DNA of 64,000 nucleotides from NCBI GenBank assembly GCA_002840905.1, contig PHDD01000001.1:43033-107032 (forward strand), written 5' to 3'. Under the pieces are notes generated by a model that had not been told where the DNA came from, ran no database searches, and saw only the letters and a program-made list of their open reading frames with translations. Made by a program: the position numbers and the translations under genes. Positions 18,357 through 27,469 of this stretch are shown one piece after another (the first letter of the stretch is position 1; each line of letters begins with the position of its first letter). This DNA comes from Bacteroidetes bacterium HGW-Bacteroidetes-4 (GTDB lineage Bacteria; Bacteroidota; Bacteroidia; Bacteroidales; SZUA-534).

Positions 18357-20969
18357 TTATACAGCCTCCTTTTCTTCAAGTTCAATAAAATCAAATAGGC
18401 TGGGCATATTCACGTTTTGTTCAGCTCCACGACAATATTGTACCCCGTCTAAAAAATATGATGAAGAAAGCTCTATTCCGTAGCCAATTCGGCCTTTTAA
18501 AATAGCCCGGTAAGGGGTGGTAAACAATCCGGCAAATGGATCCAGTACTATTTCACCCGGGTTGCTTAACTGTTCAATAACCCGGTCGGCTATATCAAAC
18601 TGCATGGGGCATAGGTGCATTTCTTTTCCTTTGCTCCACTGGCTACCATTAAGGGTAAGCATTCGGGTAACATCAGTCCAAACCTCGTCACTCCAGCTTT
18701 GGGGCTGTAATAACATGAACCCAGATGGAAGCTTACCATGTAGTTCAAGCGTTTCGGCTATCTTAACATTAAATTCAAAGTCATAAATCTCTTCCAATGA
18801 AAATCGTTTGTACTCCTGGAATATATCTTTTGGTTCCAACGCGGCTAGCTCTTCAGGCCGTAAGCAACGGTTGCCAGAACTCCGGGTAAAACCGTGAGCA
18901 TCCATCTGCCAACGGGCACGTGAGTATCCATTTGGGTTTATCCATTGCTTAGCCTTTTTATCCCATTCCTTTTTTTGTTTTACAACAGGAACATCGGCAT
19001 AGGCATTAATAAGTTCAGTTTGTGGTTTGCGGAAATAAAGCAAGTACTCTGGCATACCCACACCCATTTTAGAACCATCTTTACACTGTTCAGTCCAACC
19101 CAAGCGGTAAGTTTGATTGTTCTCACGTACAACATCGGTAACAATGGTTTTCATTCCCATGTAAGCAAAGCCATGTTTTTTAAAGTGTAGTATAGTATCC
19201 ATGTGGAACGGGTAAACTTCCTGAACACCCATTCCTGATAATCCCATGGGAATTATACGGTCTTTTACATGAACCACAGCCAACCGGCCAGGCATTAGTT
19301 TTTTAAACAGGTTGGGAGTCATATAATCCATTTGCCTGAAAAACTCCTCATTACTTTCAGAATGTCCGTAATCGGCATAGTTAGGTGAGTACTCATATTG
19401 GGTACTGAACGGAATAGATGTAAGTACCAATCCAACGGAGTTGTCTTTTATGCGGTTGTGGTTGGTCAGCTCGTCTACATTGTCGTTATTAATAGCTAAG
19501 AATAACTTACCTTCAATCTCAACACGCTCAACTCCAATTTTGCGGGTTAAATGCTGAGCCATTTCAGCATGAGAAAGTCCGTACTTTTTTATTATTTCTG
19601 TCATATTTTTTACCAATTTGTTGTGGTTTTTCCACTTTGTTTCAAGGTTTTTTCTAATTCCACGCTCAGCTTCGGTATAAATTAGGTCAATTCGTACCGT
19701 GTTTTGCTGCAAAAACCGTTGAATACGGTGAATACTTTGAATAAAATCGTTGAATTTGAAGCCAATTCCCAGATAAATAGCCCAGGAACAGAACCGTTGA
19801 AAGTTACAGCCTGAACCTGCAATAACTGGTTTGGCTGCCAGCTCACGAAACCGGCCATAGCTAAAATCAAGAATAGCCTGTTCGCGCTTTTCGTAGTTCT
19901 GAGAACCGAAAATTGAGGTAATATCAGGGATAGCTTTTTCAATGGCCTTGCGCTCATCTTCTAAATCATGCCAGATGATGCGGTGAGCATTTGGGTCCTC
20001 TTCACGAATCTTATTCATCATTCGAATTCGATCCTGAAGGCTATCGCGCTTTTCTTTTGAAGCTCCAATAACCCCAAGCGACAAATCTTTAAACATTTTA
20101 ATTTGGCCGTCACTATCAGCACCCGCTTTGGTGTGGTCCGATGGAATCTCATGCCAGCGCAAATCCAATTCTGGTAAATTGTAGCCTTCATCATCAGCCG
20201 GGTTACCGGTAATGTCTGATGGTTTATTAACAAACAACGCCCAGCTGCTTACCCATAACCAAAACTCCTCTTCTTTATGAGCGTGGAGCGTTAACTTATC
20301 GGCTTTGGTACTGTCACGTTTAAAGAATCGGGTTTTTGCCTGAGAAACGTCCATTACTCCCAAAAAATCAGCATAGGCCAAAAGCTCAATATAATCATTG
20401 GGAGATGGTGTAGCCGTTGCAACAAACCGATATTTAACAGCATCATCACCACGTCGGCAACCCATTGGGCCACCATCACCGGTAAACAAGCGCATAAATT
20501 CGCGGAAAGTTTTTGTTCCACCAAGGCCCCTGAGTATCGATGCCTCATCTAGTGAGGTTACTGAAAAGTGTGCCGGGTCCATTTTACCATCTCTGATGGT
20601 TTCATAATTGGTTAAGTAAATACCATCACCGGAAGCCTCTTCGATTCTTCGAATAAACTTAGGGGGAGTTTCCCAGCCAAGAATATTTTTTGAATCTTCA
20701 ATAAACTCCTGCTTTACGTTAAGCGGTAATACAATTAAACCTTTGCCACCTGTTTTTTCAAGGGTACACCTTACGGCCTCTAATTGAGTAACTGTTTTAT
20801 GAAGGCCAAACGATGCAAAACAAGCCCTACGCCCACCTTCAACCAACCATTTTACCATTATCTTATTAAATGGTTTAAGCTTTGGGTTTATAGTATCTAT
20901 ATCAAGGCTAAACCCGTGCTTTGGGGCAATCTTTATTTTAGACTTAATAAAATCGCTATAATTCTGCAT
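18357..20969 (-). CDS. SNF2-like helicase domain fused to N4/N6 DNA methyltransferase
   Basis: GLHKT, LDEAS, TATPSPND, QSIHRIQRF; then TSIPF and LDPFAG MTase motifs. Confidence 0.85.
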   Translation of the reverse strand: MQNYSDFIKSKIKIAPKHGFSLDIDTINPKLKPFNKIMVKWLVEGGRRACFASFGLHKTVTQLEAVRCTLEKTGGKGLIVLPLNVKQEFIEDSKNILGWETPPKFIRRIEEASGDGIYLTNYETIRDGKMDPAHFSVTSLDEASILRGLGGTKTFREFMRLFTGDGGPMGCRRGDDAVKYRFVATATPSPNDYIELLAYADFLGVMDVSQAKTRFFKRDSTKADKLTLHAHKEEEFWLWVSSWALFVNKPSDITGNPADDEGYNLPELDLRWHEIPSDHTKAGADSDGQIKMFKDLSLGVIGASKEKRDSLQDRIRMMNKIREEDPNAHRIIWHDLEDERKAIEKAIPDITSIFGSQNYEKREQAILDFSYGRFRELAAKPVIAGSGCNFQRFCSWAIYLGIGFKFNDFIQSIHRIQRFLQQNTVRIDLIYTEAERGIRKNLETKWKNHNKLVKNMTEIIKKYGLSHAEMAQHLTRKIGVERVEIEGKLFLAINNDNVDELTNHNRIKDNSVGLVLTSIPFSTQYEYSPNYADYGHSESNEEFFRQMDYMTPNLFKKLMPGRLAVVHVKDRIIPMGLSGMGVQEVYPFHMDTILHFKKHGFAYMGMKTIVTDVVRENNQTYRLGWTEQCKDGSKMGVGMPEYLLYFRKPQTELINAYADVPVVKQKKEWDKKAKQWINPNGYSRARWQMDAHGFTRSSGNRCLRPEELAALEPKDIFQEYKRFSLEEIYDFEFNVKIAETLELHGKLPSGFMLLQPQSWSDEVWTDVTRMLTLNGSQWSKGKEMHLCPMQFDIADRVIEQLSNPGEIVLDPFAGLFTTPYRAILKGRIGYGIELSSSYFLDGVQYCRGAEQNVNMPSLFDFIELEEKEAV

Positions 20970-21120
20970 GTTTTTGTTTGTTAAGTTGAATCATGTCCTC
21001 AGCTATGGTAAGCAACTGTTTCAGCTGGCTCACCTTTAGCTTATTCAAGCGCATCAGAACTTCAATCTTATCAAAGTCCTCTTTGGTTGCTTTTTCTTTT
21101 ATTTTTTGTATCACAGTCAT
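20956..21120 (-). CDS. Small hypothetical protein
   Basis: ORF 20956..21180; ATG 21120 (MTVIQKIK) lies after the terminator hairpin. Confidence 0.5.
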   Translation of the reverse strand: MTVIQKIKEKATKEDFDKIEVLMRLNKLKVSQLKQLLTIAEDMIQLNKQKHAEL

Positions 21121-21145
21121 TTTTTGATAAAGATTAAGTGTTTTT

Positions 21146-21170
21146 AAAAGATGGGGGAGCGTCCTCCCCC
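21146..21170 (-). terminator. GC hairpin, probable terminator downstream of the tRNA-like RNA
   Basis: GGGGGAG-GACG-CTCCCCC then ATCTTTT. Confidence 0.55.
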
Positions 21171-21232
21171 GGTCTCCCATAAAGGGGCAATTGTCTGTTT
21201 AATAGTCGTTGCACACATCTCGCTTGACTTTG

Positions 21233-21337
21233 TGGAGGTGGCAGGATTCGAACCTGCATGAAGCATATAAACAGTATCGCATTCGAACGTTCTTGCAAGT
21301 GCTTCTGATTAGCGTATGCCAATTGCGCCACACCTCC
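21233..21337 (-). ncRNA. tRNA-like RNA (105 nt) lacking a canonical anticodon arm
   Basis: Acceptor GGAGGTG/CACCTCC+A, D arm GCG-CAATTGGCATA-CGC, T arm GCAGG-TTCGAAT-CCTGC, 54-nt central segment. Confidence 0.8.
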
Positions 21338-21414
21338 GTAGCTCCGGGCCATTCACCCGGAGACTATACCCACAGAAGAAAAGAACGCCATGCTTTTTAA
21401 TGGAAGCATGAAAC

Positions 21415-21579
21415 CTATTTCTTAACCGCGTCTTTATCAGAAATTGTGAACAAGACTTTACTTACCGGGCAGTGGAGTATTTTTGCAATCTGCTCTTTGA
21501 TAACCTTAGCTTCTTTTGAGTTCTCAATCTCAACATAGGCACAGCTTATGGTTGCGTTTGTTATTACTAAATCGGCCAT
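21415..21579 (-). CDS. Small hypothetical protein (54 aa, not in ORF track)
   Basis: MADLVITNATISCAYVEIE...DAVKK, ATG 6 nt after the previous stop. Confidence 0.5.
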   Translation of the reverse strand: MADLVITNATISCAYVEIENSKEAKVIKEQIAKILHCPVSKVLFTISDKDAVKK

Positions 21580-21584
21580 GATTT

Positions 21585-22304
21585 TTACAATTCAATAATT
21601 GGTAATTCGGGGCACAACTCTTTAATTTTATCAAGTTGTTCGTTTATTATATCCCGAACACTTGTTTGTAGGATGTCGGCCAATTCGGGAGAAATTAAAA
21701 CACACTCAAGGCTGGCCGGGTCAATATCAACTTCAACATTAATATCAACTGGTTCCTGGCCCTTGAAAAGCTGTAACCTAAGTTTAAACGATTCGGGCAG
21801 GTTTGATTCTACAACCTGCCTGCGTTGTAGGTTGTAGTTTGCCCGGTTGTCTTTATTTTGTTCAAGCTCCTTGTCAACTTTAGCCTTAAAGTTGTTGAGC
21901 AGGGTTACAAGCTTGGGGCCGTCGGTAGCGTTAAGAAAAATACTCCGGTTTAACCTGAAAAAATCAGCCAGTTCAAAACAATCCCAGCGTTTACCGGTGT
22001 TAATTTGTAAATCGTTAAGCGTTTTGGTTTCAATCATTCGGCCAACAACACGGTTTGAATAGTGCGAACTCTCATTCAGAATAAGAATAATATTGAATTT
22101 TTCAAGGTTAAATTCCACGTGGCTTTCGTTCAGGTTAACCGATTCCAGGTCTTTTCTTTTGCTCAAAAACTCAAAGGGCGTTCCTATTGCGCCTTCAATG
22201 TTGTCAAGCTTTTTGGGCTCCTTTTCGTCAAGGCCCTTACCCGTGAAAATTTTAATAATTCCACTTTCGGGTAATTTGTCGATGTTTAATTTTTCAATCT
22301 GCAT
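21585..22304 (-). CDS. Conserved phage protein (YfdQ/DUF2303-like, tentative)
   Basis: 239 aa, LPESFKLRLQLFKG...ELPIIEL C-terminus. Confidence 0.5.
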   Translation of the reverse strand: MQIEKLNIDKLPESGIIKIFTGKGLDEKEPKKLDNIEGAIGTPFEFLSKRKDLESVNLNESHVEFNLEKFNIILILNESSHYSNRVVGRMIETKTLNDLQINTGKRWDCFELADFFRLNRSIFLNATDGPKLVTLLNNFKAKVDKELEQNKDNRANYNLQRRQVVESNLPESFKLRLQLFKGQEPVDINVEVDIDPASLECVLISPELADILQTSVRDIINEQLDKIKELCPELPIIEL

Positions 22305-22314
22305 AGCTTTTGTT

Positions 22315-22740
22315 TTATTGGTTTACTGCTCTTCTACCAGATGCAATGGTTAACTGGCTACGCTCTTCTCTGGTTGCCGGGCGTTGCTCAATAAGGGTTC
22401 CAGCCTCAGAATAGAAACCAACCATACCCTCACTTCTGTCAACCATTTTAAATACACGGCCAAATTTCTCCTGATGGCCGGTTTTAATTTCCGTAAGTAG
22501 TGTTAACTTCTCTTTCTTAACGGGTTCTAATTCAGCCTTAAAATCTTCCATGGCTTCTTTCTTACGGTCCTCTATTCGGGCCGCTTCAATACTGCGTTGG
22601 GCAAAGCGCGATTTTCTTTCAATAAGCTCCTGTTCGGTTAGCTCTTCAAAATAAACCCGCTCTTCAACTCCGTCGGCATTTGATTCGAACATCTCAATCC
22701 GTTCGTGCTGAGAATATTCTTTGAATAGTTCTTTATCCAT
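22315..22740 (-). CDS. Hypothetical coiled-coil phage protein
   Basis: 141 aa. Confidence 0.65.
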   Translation of the reverse strand: MDKELFKEYSQHERIEMFESNADGVEERVYFEELTEQELIERKSRFAQRSIEAARIEDRKKEAMEDFKAELEPVKKEKLTLLTEIKTGHQEKFGRVFKMVDRSEGMVGFYSEAGTLIEQRPATREERSQLTIASGRRAVNQ

Positions 22741-22759
22741 ATTATTATGTTTTGGAAAT

Positions 22760-22784
22760 AAAGCCCACCCATACAGTGGGCTTT
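22760..22784 (-). terminator. Hairpin, possible weak terminator
   Basis: AAAGCCCAC-N7-GTGGGCTTT. Confidence 0.5.
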
Positions 22785-23244
22785 GATTACTCGATAAAGG
22801 GTTATTGTTTTAAAATTATGAGTGTGCTACCGGCACAAGTAACACGTGGTTTTATTTTAGCGTGCCAGGGTAGTTAATTGTCGGGTTTCTCTTTATCGTT
22901 TCGAACAACACCACTCCTTATGCTACTTATCTTATAAGCAGGGTTCCGGTCTGTTGTAAACTGAATGCAAGTTTCAAACAGTTTCGATAAAAAGAAGGTG
23001 TATAAAATTGTGAGTAATATCATTGGTTTTGTTTTTAAGTTTCAAAAAAATATGAAGTAAAATTCTAAGTGTAGGGGCGCTCCTTATCGCATCTGGCACA
23101 ACCTTTTAAGGTGTTTTTGCTTTCCCAAATACTTTGCAGCTGGCATAGCTCTATAAGTTCACTTATCGGAAACGGCTTGGGGCTCTGATGAAACCAAGGC
23201 TGTGGAGCCACTGCTTTTAAGTATTTTAATATTCTTGGTTTCAT

Positions 23245-23451
23245 CTATTTTTGTTGAAAAAGTTCACATAAACCATTACTATTCTCAAAAAAGTAGCCCT
23301 TACCTATATTGCTACCATCAATATTTACAGTGCAAACAAATCCCATATGTTCGGTTATGTTCCCATTGCCAATTTTTATATTCTGTGGATGCTTCATTAA
23401 TTGAAGCATATTTTTACAGTTTTTGCAGGATTGCTTTTCCATTTTTAACAA
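23245..23451 (-). CDS. Small Cys-rich hypothetical protein
   Basis: CKNC...C...CELF. Confidence 0.5.
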   Translation of the reverse strand: MLKMEKQSCKNCKNMLQLMKHPQNIKIGNGNITEHMGFVCTVNIDGSNIGKGYFFENSNGLCELFQQK

Positions 23452-23453
23452 TT

Positions 23454-24257
23454 TTAGTATCTTAAATCATCTATTGTTTCTTTAATTACAGAGGCTTCTT
23501 TCCATCTTACTCTAAATAATACGGTACCATCAAACACCATGTCCTTTACATAAAAAACGGTTTCATCAGGAAGAAATAAATACTTATTAGCTGTATTTGC
23601 CATTTCAGCATATGCATTATTTAATAAATCTATATTTGGGGGATTAAACTCAACTTTAAATGCTTTATATACTTTCTTTAAGTGGTCCTCACACCATGTT
23701 GAATGGTTAATAATGATTGATAGTTTTTTAACAATTCTTTGAATTAAGTCTTCATTTAAAGGATCCATTTTGGATAAATACACATATCCACCATTTTCAT
23801 CTGGCCCTGAAATTTCAATTCCATTTGGGTATATTAAATCAATGATTTCGTTAATTCCTTTTCTATATAAATCCATCTTATTTTGCAATTTTAAATTCTC
23901 TTTATATAGTTGGTGATATTCATTGTATATGTCATCGAATTGAGCTCCTTTGTATTTTAACTCAAGATTTTTTCTTGCTTCAAGCTCACTTTCAGTTATA
24001 TTATTTTTAGGTTTACCAAATGATTCTAATATCTTTCTTGCCATAATCGGCTCAACAGACTTATAGTTTATTTTATATAATCCTCTATTGATACGTTCAA
24101 TATATCCAAGGTCGCACATAATTGATATTACAGTTCCTGGTAATTTATATCGCTTTAGTAAGTCAGTTAATTTGAAGTTAGAATCATGGCTTGTTTTTGA
24201 GAATACAATCATGAATTCAACATACTTTTCAATTGTTTCTTTCCTAATTCCAGACAT
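23454..24257 (-). CDS. Hypothetical protein with N-terminal winged-helix-like segment
   Basis: LGYIERINRGLYKI; AT-rich gene after a terminator. Confidence 0.6.
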   Translation of the reverse strand: MSGIRKETIEKYVEFMIVFSKTSHDSNFKLTDLLKRYKLPGTVISIMCDLGYIERINRGLYKINYKSVEPIMARKILESFGKPKNNITESELEARKNLELKYKGAQFDDIYNEYHQLYKENLKLQNKMDLYRKGINEIIDLIYPNGIEISGPDENGGYVYLSKMDPLNEDLIQRIVKKLSIIINHSTWCEDHLKKVYKAFKVEFNPPNIDLLNNAYAEMANTANKYLFLPDETVFYVKDMVFDGTVLFRVRWKEASVIKETIDDLRY

Positions 24258-24271
24258 AATAATTTGTTTTT

Positions 24272-24298
24272 AAAAAGAGGGGTGCAGCCCTCTTAAAA
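24272..24298 (-). terminator. Intrinsic terminator
   Basis: AAGAGGG-CTGCAC-CCCTCTT-TTT. Confidence 0.6.
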
Positions 24299-24311
24299 CC
24301 CTATAAACCTA

Positions 24312-24632
24312 TTACCCTACAGCTGCACCTGCTTGAGAAAAACTACTTCTTATATCCAATCCATCTTGTTCCTGATGGCATTTGCGGCATTTAATCTTTA
24401 TATTTTCCTTATCCCAAGCTTTGTCAGCATACCCGTTTTTTTGGCAACTGTCAACGCTCTCAACGTGGGCACAATCTAACCGTACACCAGAGCTTTTGCT
24501 ACATTCCTCACAGAAGTTGTAACCATACTCTTCGCGCTGCTCACTTAATACTAAAGCTTTGGTAATTCTTACCATGCGGTCAATGTAAGCCTTGCTTACC
24601 AGTTCACCGGTTGATGTTCGGTACCTAGCCAT
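24312..24632 (-). CDS. HNH/NinG-like zinc-binding nuclease
   Basis: CEEC...LDCAH...NIKIKCRKCH; start re-assigned to MARYRT at 24632. Confidence 0.7.
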   Translation of the reverse strand: MARYRTSTGELVSKAYIDRMVRITKALVLSEQREEYGYNFCEECSKSSGVRLDCAHVESVDSCQKNGYADKAWDKENIKIKCRKCHQEQDGLDIRSSFSQAGAAVG

Positions 24633-24834
24633 TGGGGAAAAGCATTTTGTAAAACCACTCCTGAATATCAACAGTACCAGCCTCTTTATTAAAAGAGCAT
24701 AATGATTTTGGTACCCACCGTTTGTCACCATCCAAATCAAAGTAAAAAGCCTTTTCATTTTTGGTGAGTTCTTTGGCATTAACCCGTATAGCAGGTTTGC
24801 CATTTACTGAAGGTTGTGCTTGGTATGGTATCAT
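24625..24834 (-). CDS. Small hypothetical protein
   Basis: 69 aa, EKAFYF...WVPKS...IQEWFY. Confidence 0.6.
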   Translation of the reverse strand: MIPYQAQPSVNGKPAIRVNAKELTKNEKAFYFDLDGDKRWVPKSLCSFNKEAGTVDIQEWFYKMLFPNG

Positions 24835-26276
24835 AACTTTAGCTTATGAATGTTTTTAATTAGTTCGTGCAATACTTCATCCTGAGCTTTATCAATAGTG
24901 TAATCAACAGCCCCGGTAGCTTTTTCGGCAATGTCTTTTTTGCCAAATATTATTTGTCTAACATATTGGTCTATGGTTCCGGCTCCCTCAAACCAAAGGC
25001 AATTCACATTGTCTTTTCGTCCGTTACGGTAGGCTCTATCTTCAGCCTGAACCATGGCCATATAGGTCCATGAATATTCAACAAAGCCCACGTTGTCAGC
25101 TGCTGTTAGATTCAAGCCCACACCTGCTGCTTTTGTGGAGCATAGAATAAGCTTACAATCAGGGTCATTCTGAAATTTCTTAACCGATGCATCGCGCATT
25201 TGGTAATTGTCGTCACCGGTAATGGTTACTGCATTGGGGTAAATTCTTTTGAATTCTGATATCAACTCTTTAAGCTCCATGAACAGGATAATTTTTTGCC
25301 CTGAGTCAATAATGTTATCAACTATTTCACGTATGGCTTTTATTTTACCAACAGCAGCTACACGCTTAAGGGTTTGAATCAAAACCATGGCCTTACCGCG
25401 CATGCTCTTAGCTATTTCAAATTCTGTTTTGCTGGTATATTCGCGGAAATACTCTTCCAAATCATCAACCGCCTTATTGTACTCCGGTTTAGTATCGATA
25501 TCAATTCGAATGAAACTCCTGAATTTGTCAGGTAATTCGGGTAACACTTCTTTTTTATCGCGCCTGAAATAGAACCGCGACAATTCAGCTTGTAATTCAT
25601 CAAGGTTGTCGTTTGCCCCAAACTTGTTCAAGAACCCATTTACCCCACCAAACTCTTTTAACCGGTCAAGAATTGAAAGAGGGGCAACCAGGTCGCTGGC
25701 ATTATTTACCACCGGTGTTCCGGTAAGTAACATTATAACCTCTTTGCTGGTGCACAAGCCTTTTACCAATTTCGACTGTTGGCTATCAGGGTCTTTTACT
25801 TTATGAGCCTCGTCAACTATTACCGATTTGAATTGCCTTATGTAAGGGTTGAAAACGATATCAGATAAGCGTGGTTTCTTTTTCAGGTATTCCCAAACAA
25901 AGAACTTTTTAAGGCTCTCATAATTCACAATAAAAAAGTCAAACTTACCGGCAAACATACCGGCCATTATATTAGCATCAGAATAAGCTGGCCAAATGTG
26001 AACGTGCTTATTGTTCAGAATGAGCGCCTTTTTATCGGTCCAGGCTTCAATTTCTTCTTTCCAGTTAATTTTTAAACTGGCCGGGCAAATAACCAAACTT
26101 GGGGTAGCGTTTAAGGCAACAGCTGTTGCTATTGATTGAACGGTTTTTCCACAACCCATATCATCACCATTAATAAAGCGCTTCATGTTCATGCCTTTAT
26201 TAATGCCAGTCCATTGATAAGGGAAAGGCTGGTACCCATCGGGATGGGAGAGTTGTATGGTGTTTTTGTCAATCAT
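24831..26276 (-). CDS. SNF2-family helicase/ATPase
   Basis: GDDMGCGKT, DEAH, TGTP, GVGLNL, QAEDRAYRNG. Confidence 0.9.
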   Translation of the reverse strand: MIDKNTIQLSHPDGYQPFPYQWTGINKGMNMKRFINGDDMGCGKTVQSIATAVALNATPSLVICPASLKINWKEEIEAWTDKKALILNNKHVHIWPAYSDANIMAGMFAGKFDFFIVNYESLKKFFVWEYLKKKPRLSDIVFNPYIRQFKSVIVDEAHKVKDPDSQQSKLVKGLCTSKEVIMLLTGTPVVNNASDLVAPLSILDRLKEFGGVNGFLNKFGANDNLDELQAELSRFYFRRDKKEVLPELPDKFRSFIRIDIDTKPEYNKAVDDLEEYFREYTSKTEFEIAKSMRGKAMVLIQTLKRVAAVGKIKAIREIVDNIIDSGQKIILFMELKELISEFKRIYPNAVTITGDDNYQMRDASVKKFQNDPDCKLILCSTKAAGVGLNLTAADNVGFVEYSWTYMAMVQAEDRAYRNGRKDNVNCLWFEGAGTIDQYVRQIIFGKKDIAEKATGAVDYTIDKAQDEVLHELIKNIHKLKL

Positions 26277-26710
26277 TAGTCATTTTTTAAATGATTCATT
26301 TGTCTACCACTATGGAGCCACTCGTCGATTTCAGATTTTTTAAATAAGAGTGATTTACGGCCATTCTTTTGAAATGGTATTTTACGATAAAAGACCCAAG
26401 AATAAACAGTGTGTTTGCTGGGTTTTTCCGGCAGGTACTTTGTAAGTTCGTTAACTGTTAAGTAACCTTCTTTTTCTACTTTATCTTCTTTTTTTGAAAT
26501 AAGATCGATAATAGCTCTTTGATTAGCTATAACCTGACTTACTGCACTTGGTAAAGAATCAAAGGTAATTTTATCGAAATTCACATATTCATTAAACAGA
26601 ATATTTAATTTATCTGATAAAATTGATTTTTCAAGCTTTGTCATCAATCTATGTGATTCCTTCACGTGCTTATCTATAGCTTCATAAATTTGTTTTGTAA
26701 TATCTATCAT
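26276..26710 (-). CDS. Excisionase-like HTH_17 protein, paralog A
   Basis: YLTVNELTKYL..SKHTVYSWV..KIPFQK..LLFKKSEIDEWL. Confidence 0.8.
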   Translation of the reverse strand: MIDITKQIYEAIDKHVKESHRLMTKLEKSILSDKLNILFNEYVNFDKITFDSLPSAVSQVIANQRAIIDLISKKEDKVEKEGYLTVNELTKYLPEKPSKHTVYSWVFYRKIPFQKNGRKSLLFKKSEIDEWLHSGRQMNHLKND

Positions 26711-27021
26711 AACTCTTTGTTTAGGTGGTTCATTTGTCTGCCGTTATGGAGCCATTCTTTAATTTTTGATTTGCGAAAATAGAGGCGGGAACCATGCTTC
26801 TCATAAGGAATCATCCGATTGCTAATCCATTGATAAACTGTTTGTCTTGCCGGATTTTCGGGTAGAAACCTTTGAAGTTCTTCGAGACTCATTAAATAGT
26901 CTTTATCATCTTGATTGATCTTTATGAATTCTTTAATTATCTCATGAGCGAACTCTTTTAAGTCATCAATTGATACTTCTATTTTTAGATTAGGAAGTGA
27001 AGCTAAATCTGACAATTTCAT
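26707..27021 (-). CDS. Excisionase-like HTH_17 protein, paralog B
   Basis: LMSLEELQRFL..ARQTVYQWI..IPYEKHGSRLYFRKSKIKEWL. Confidence 0.8.
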   Translation of the reverse strand: MKLSDLASLPNLKIEVSIDDLKEFAHEIIKEFIKINQDDKDYLMSLEELQRFLPENPARQTVYQWISNRMIPYEKHGSRLYFRKSKIKEWLHNGRQMNHLNKEL

Positions 27022-27037
27022 TTTAATTTCTCCTTTT

Positions 27038-27469
27038 TTAATGCGTTCTCATATTGTTTAACTGCATTTCTGCTTTCTCTTTACTAATCAGGGAGCGTAT
27101 ATATTCCACTTGATGGGTGCATGTCCGGTTAATCCTATCAAACCAGGTAACAAGGCTTTCAAGGTCACCGCAAGCATTATTAATAAGCTCTTTTTGTGCT
27201 GTAGCCGATACGCCAAAACCACTCAGAATCTTTATTAAATCTTCGGTTATGTAAGCCTTTTTTTTATCGGCCAAATGTGATTTAGCATCGGCTAAACATT
27301 TGCCGCTACGGGCCATATATTCGCAAAGCTGATTACCTCTCAACATCCAACTATTTACATCATCCATAAAGGGTGATTCAATAAACTCCTGCATTTCAAC
27401 AGCCTCTTCTTTTAACCCGTCAACGCTGGTTCTTAATTCATTCATTTCCGTACAATTTCCAATATTCAA
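27038..27469 (-). CDS. Hypothetical coiled-coil protein of the recombination module
   Basis: 143 aa helical, directly after the exonuclease. Confidence 0.6.
   Translation of the reverse strand: MNIGNCTEMNELRTSVDGLKEEAVEMQEFIESPFMDDVNSWMLRGNQLCEYMARSGKCLADAKSHLADKKKAYITEDLIKILSGFGVSATAQKELINNACGDLESLVTWFDRINRTCTHQVEYIRSLISKEKAEMQLNNMRTH

Noticed and set aside
21233-21337. tmRNA or intron-containing tRNA
   Set aside because: No G3-U70 pair, a D stem is present and it is far too short for tmRNA; the insert is too short for a group I intron.
21134-21400. ORFs 21134..21352 (-) and 21209..21400 (+)
   Set aside because: They overlap the tRNA-like RNA and hairpins and have no protein-like features; probably spurious.
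23165-23245. Hammerhead ribozyme (GAAAC...CTGATGA)
   Set aside because: Only 11 nt between the core motifs, and no GAAA after the candidate stem II.
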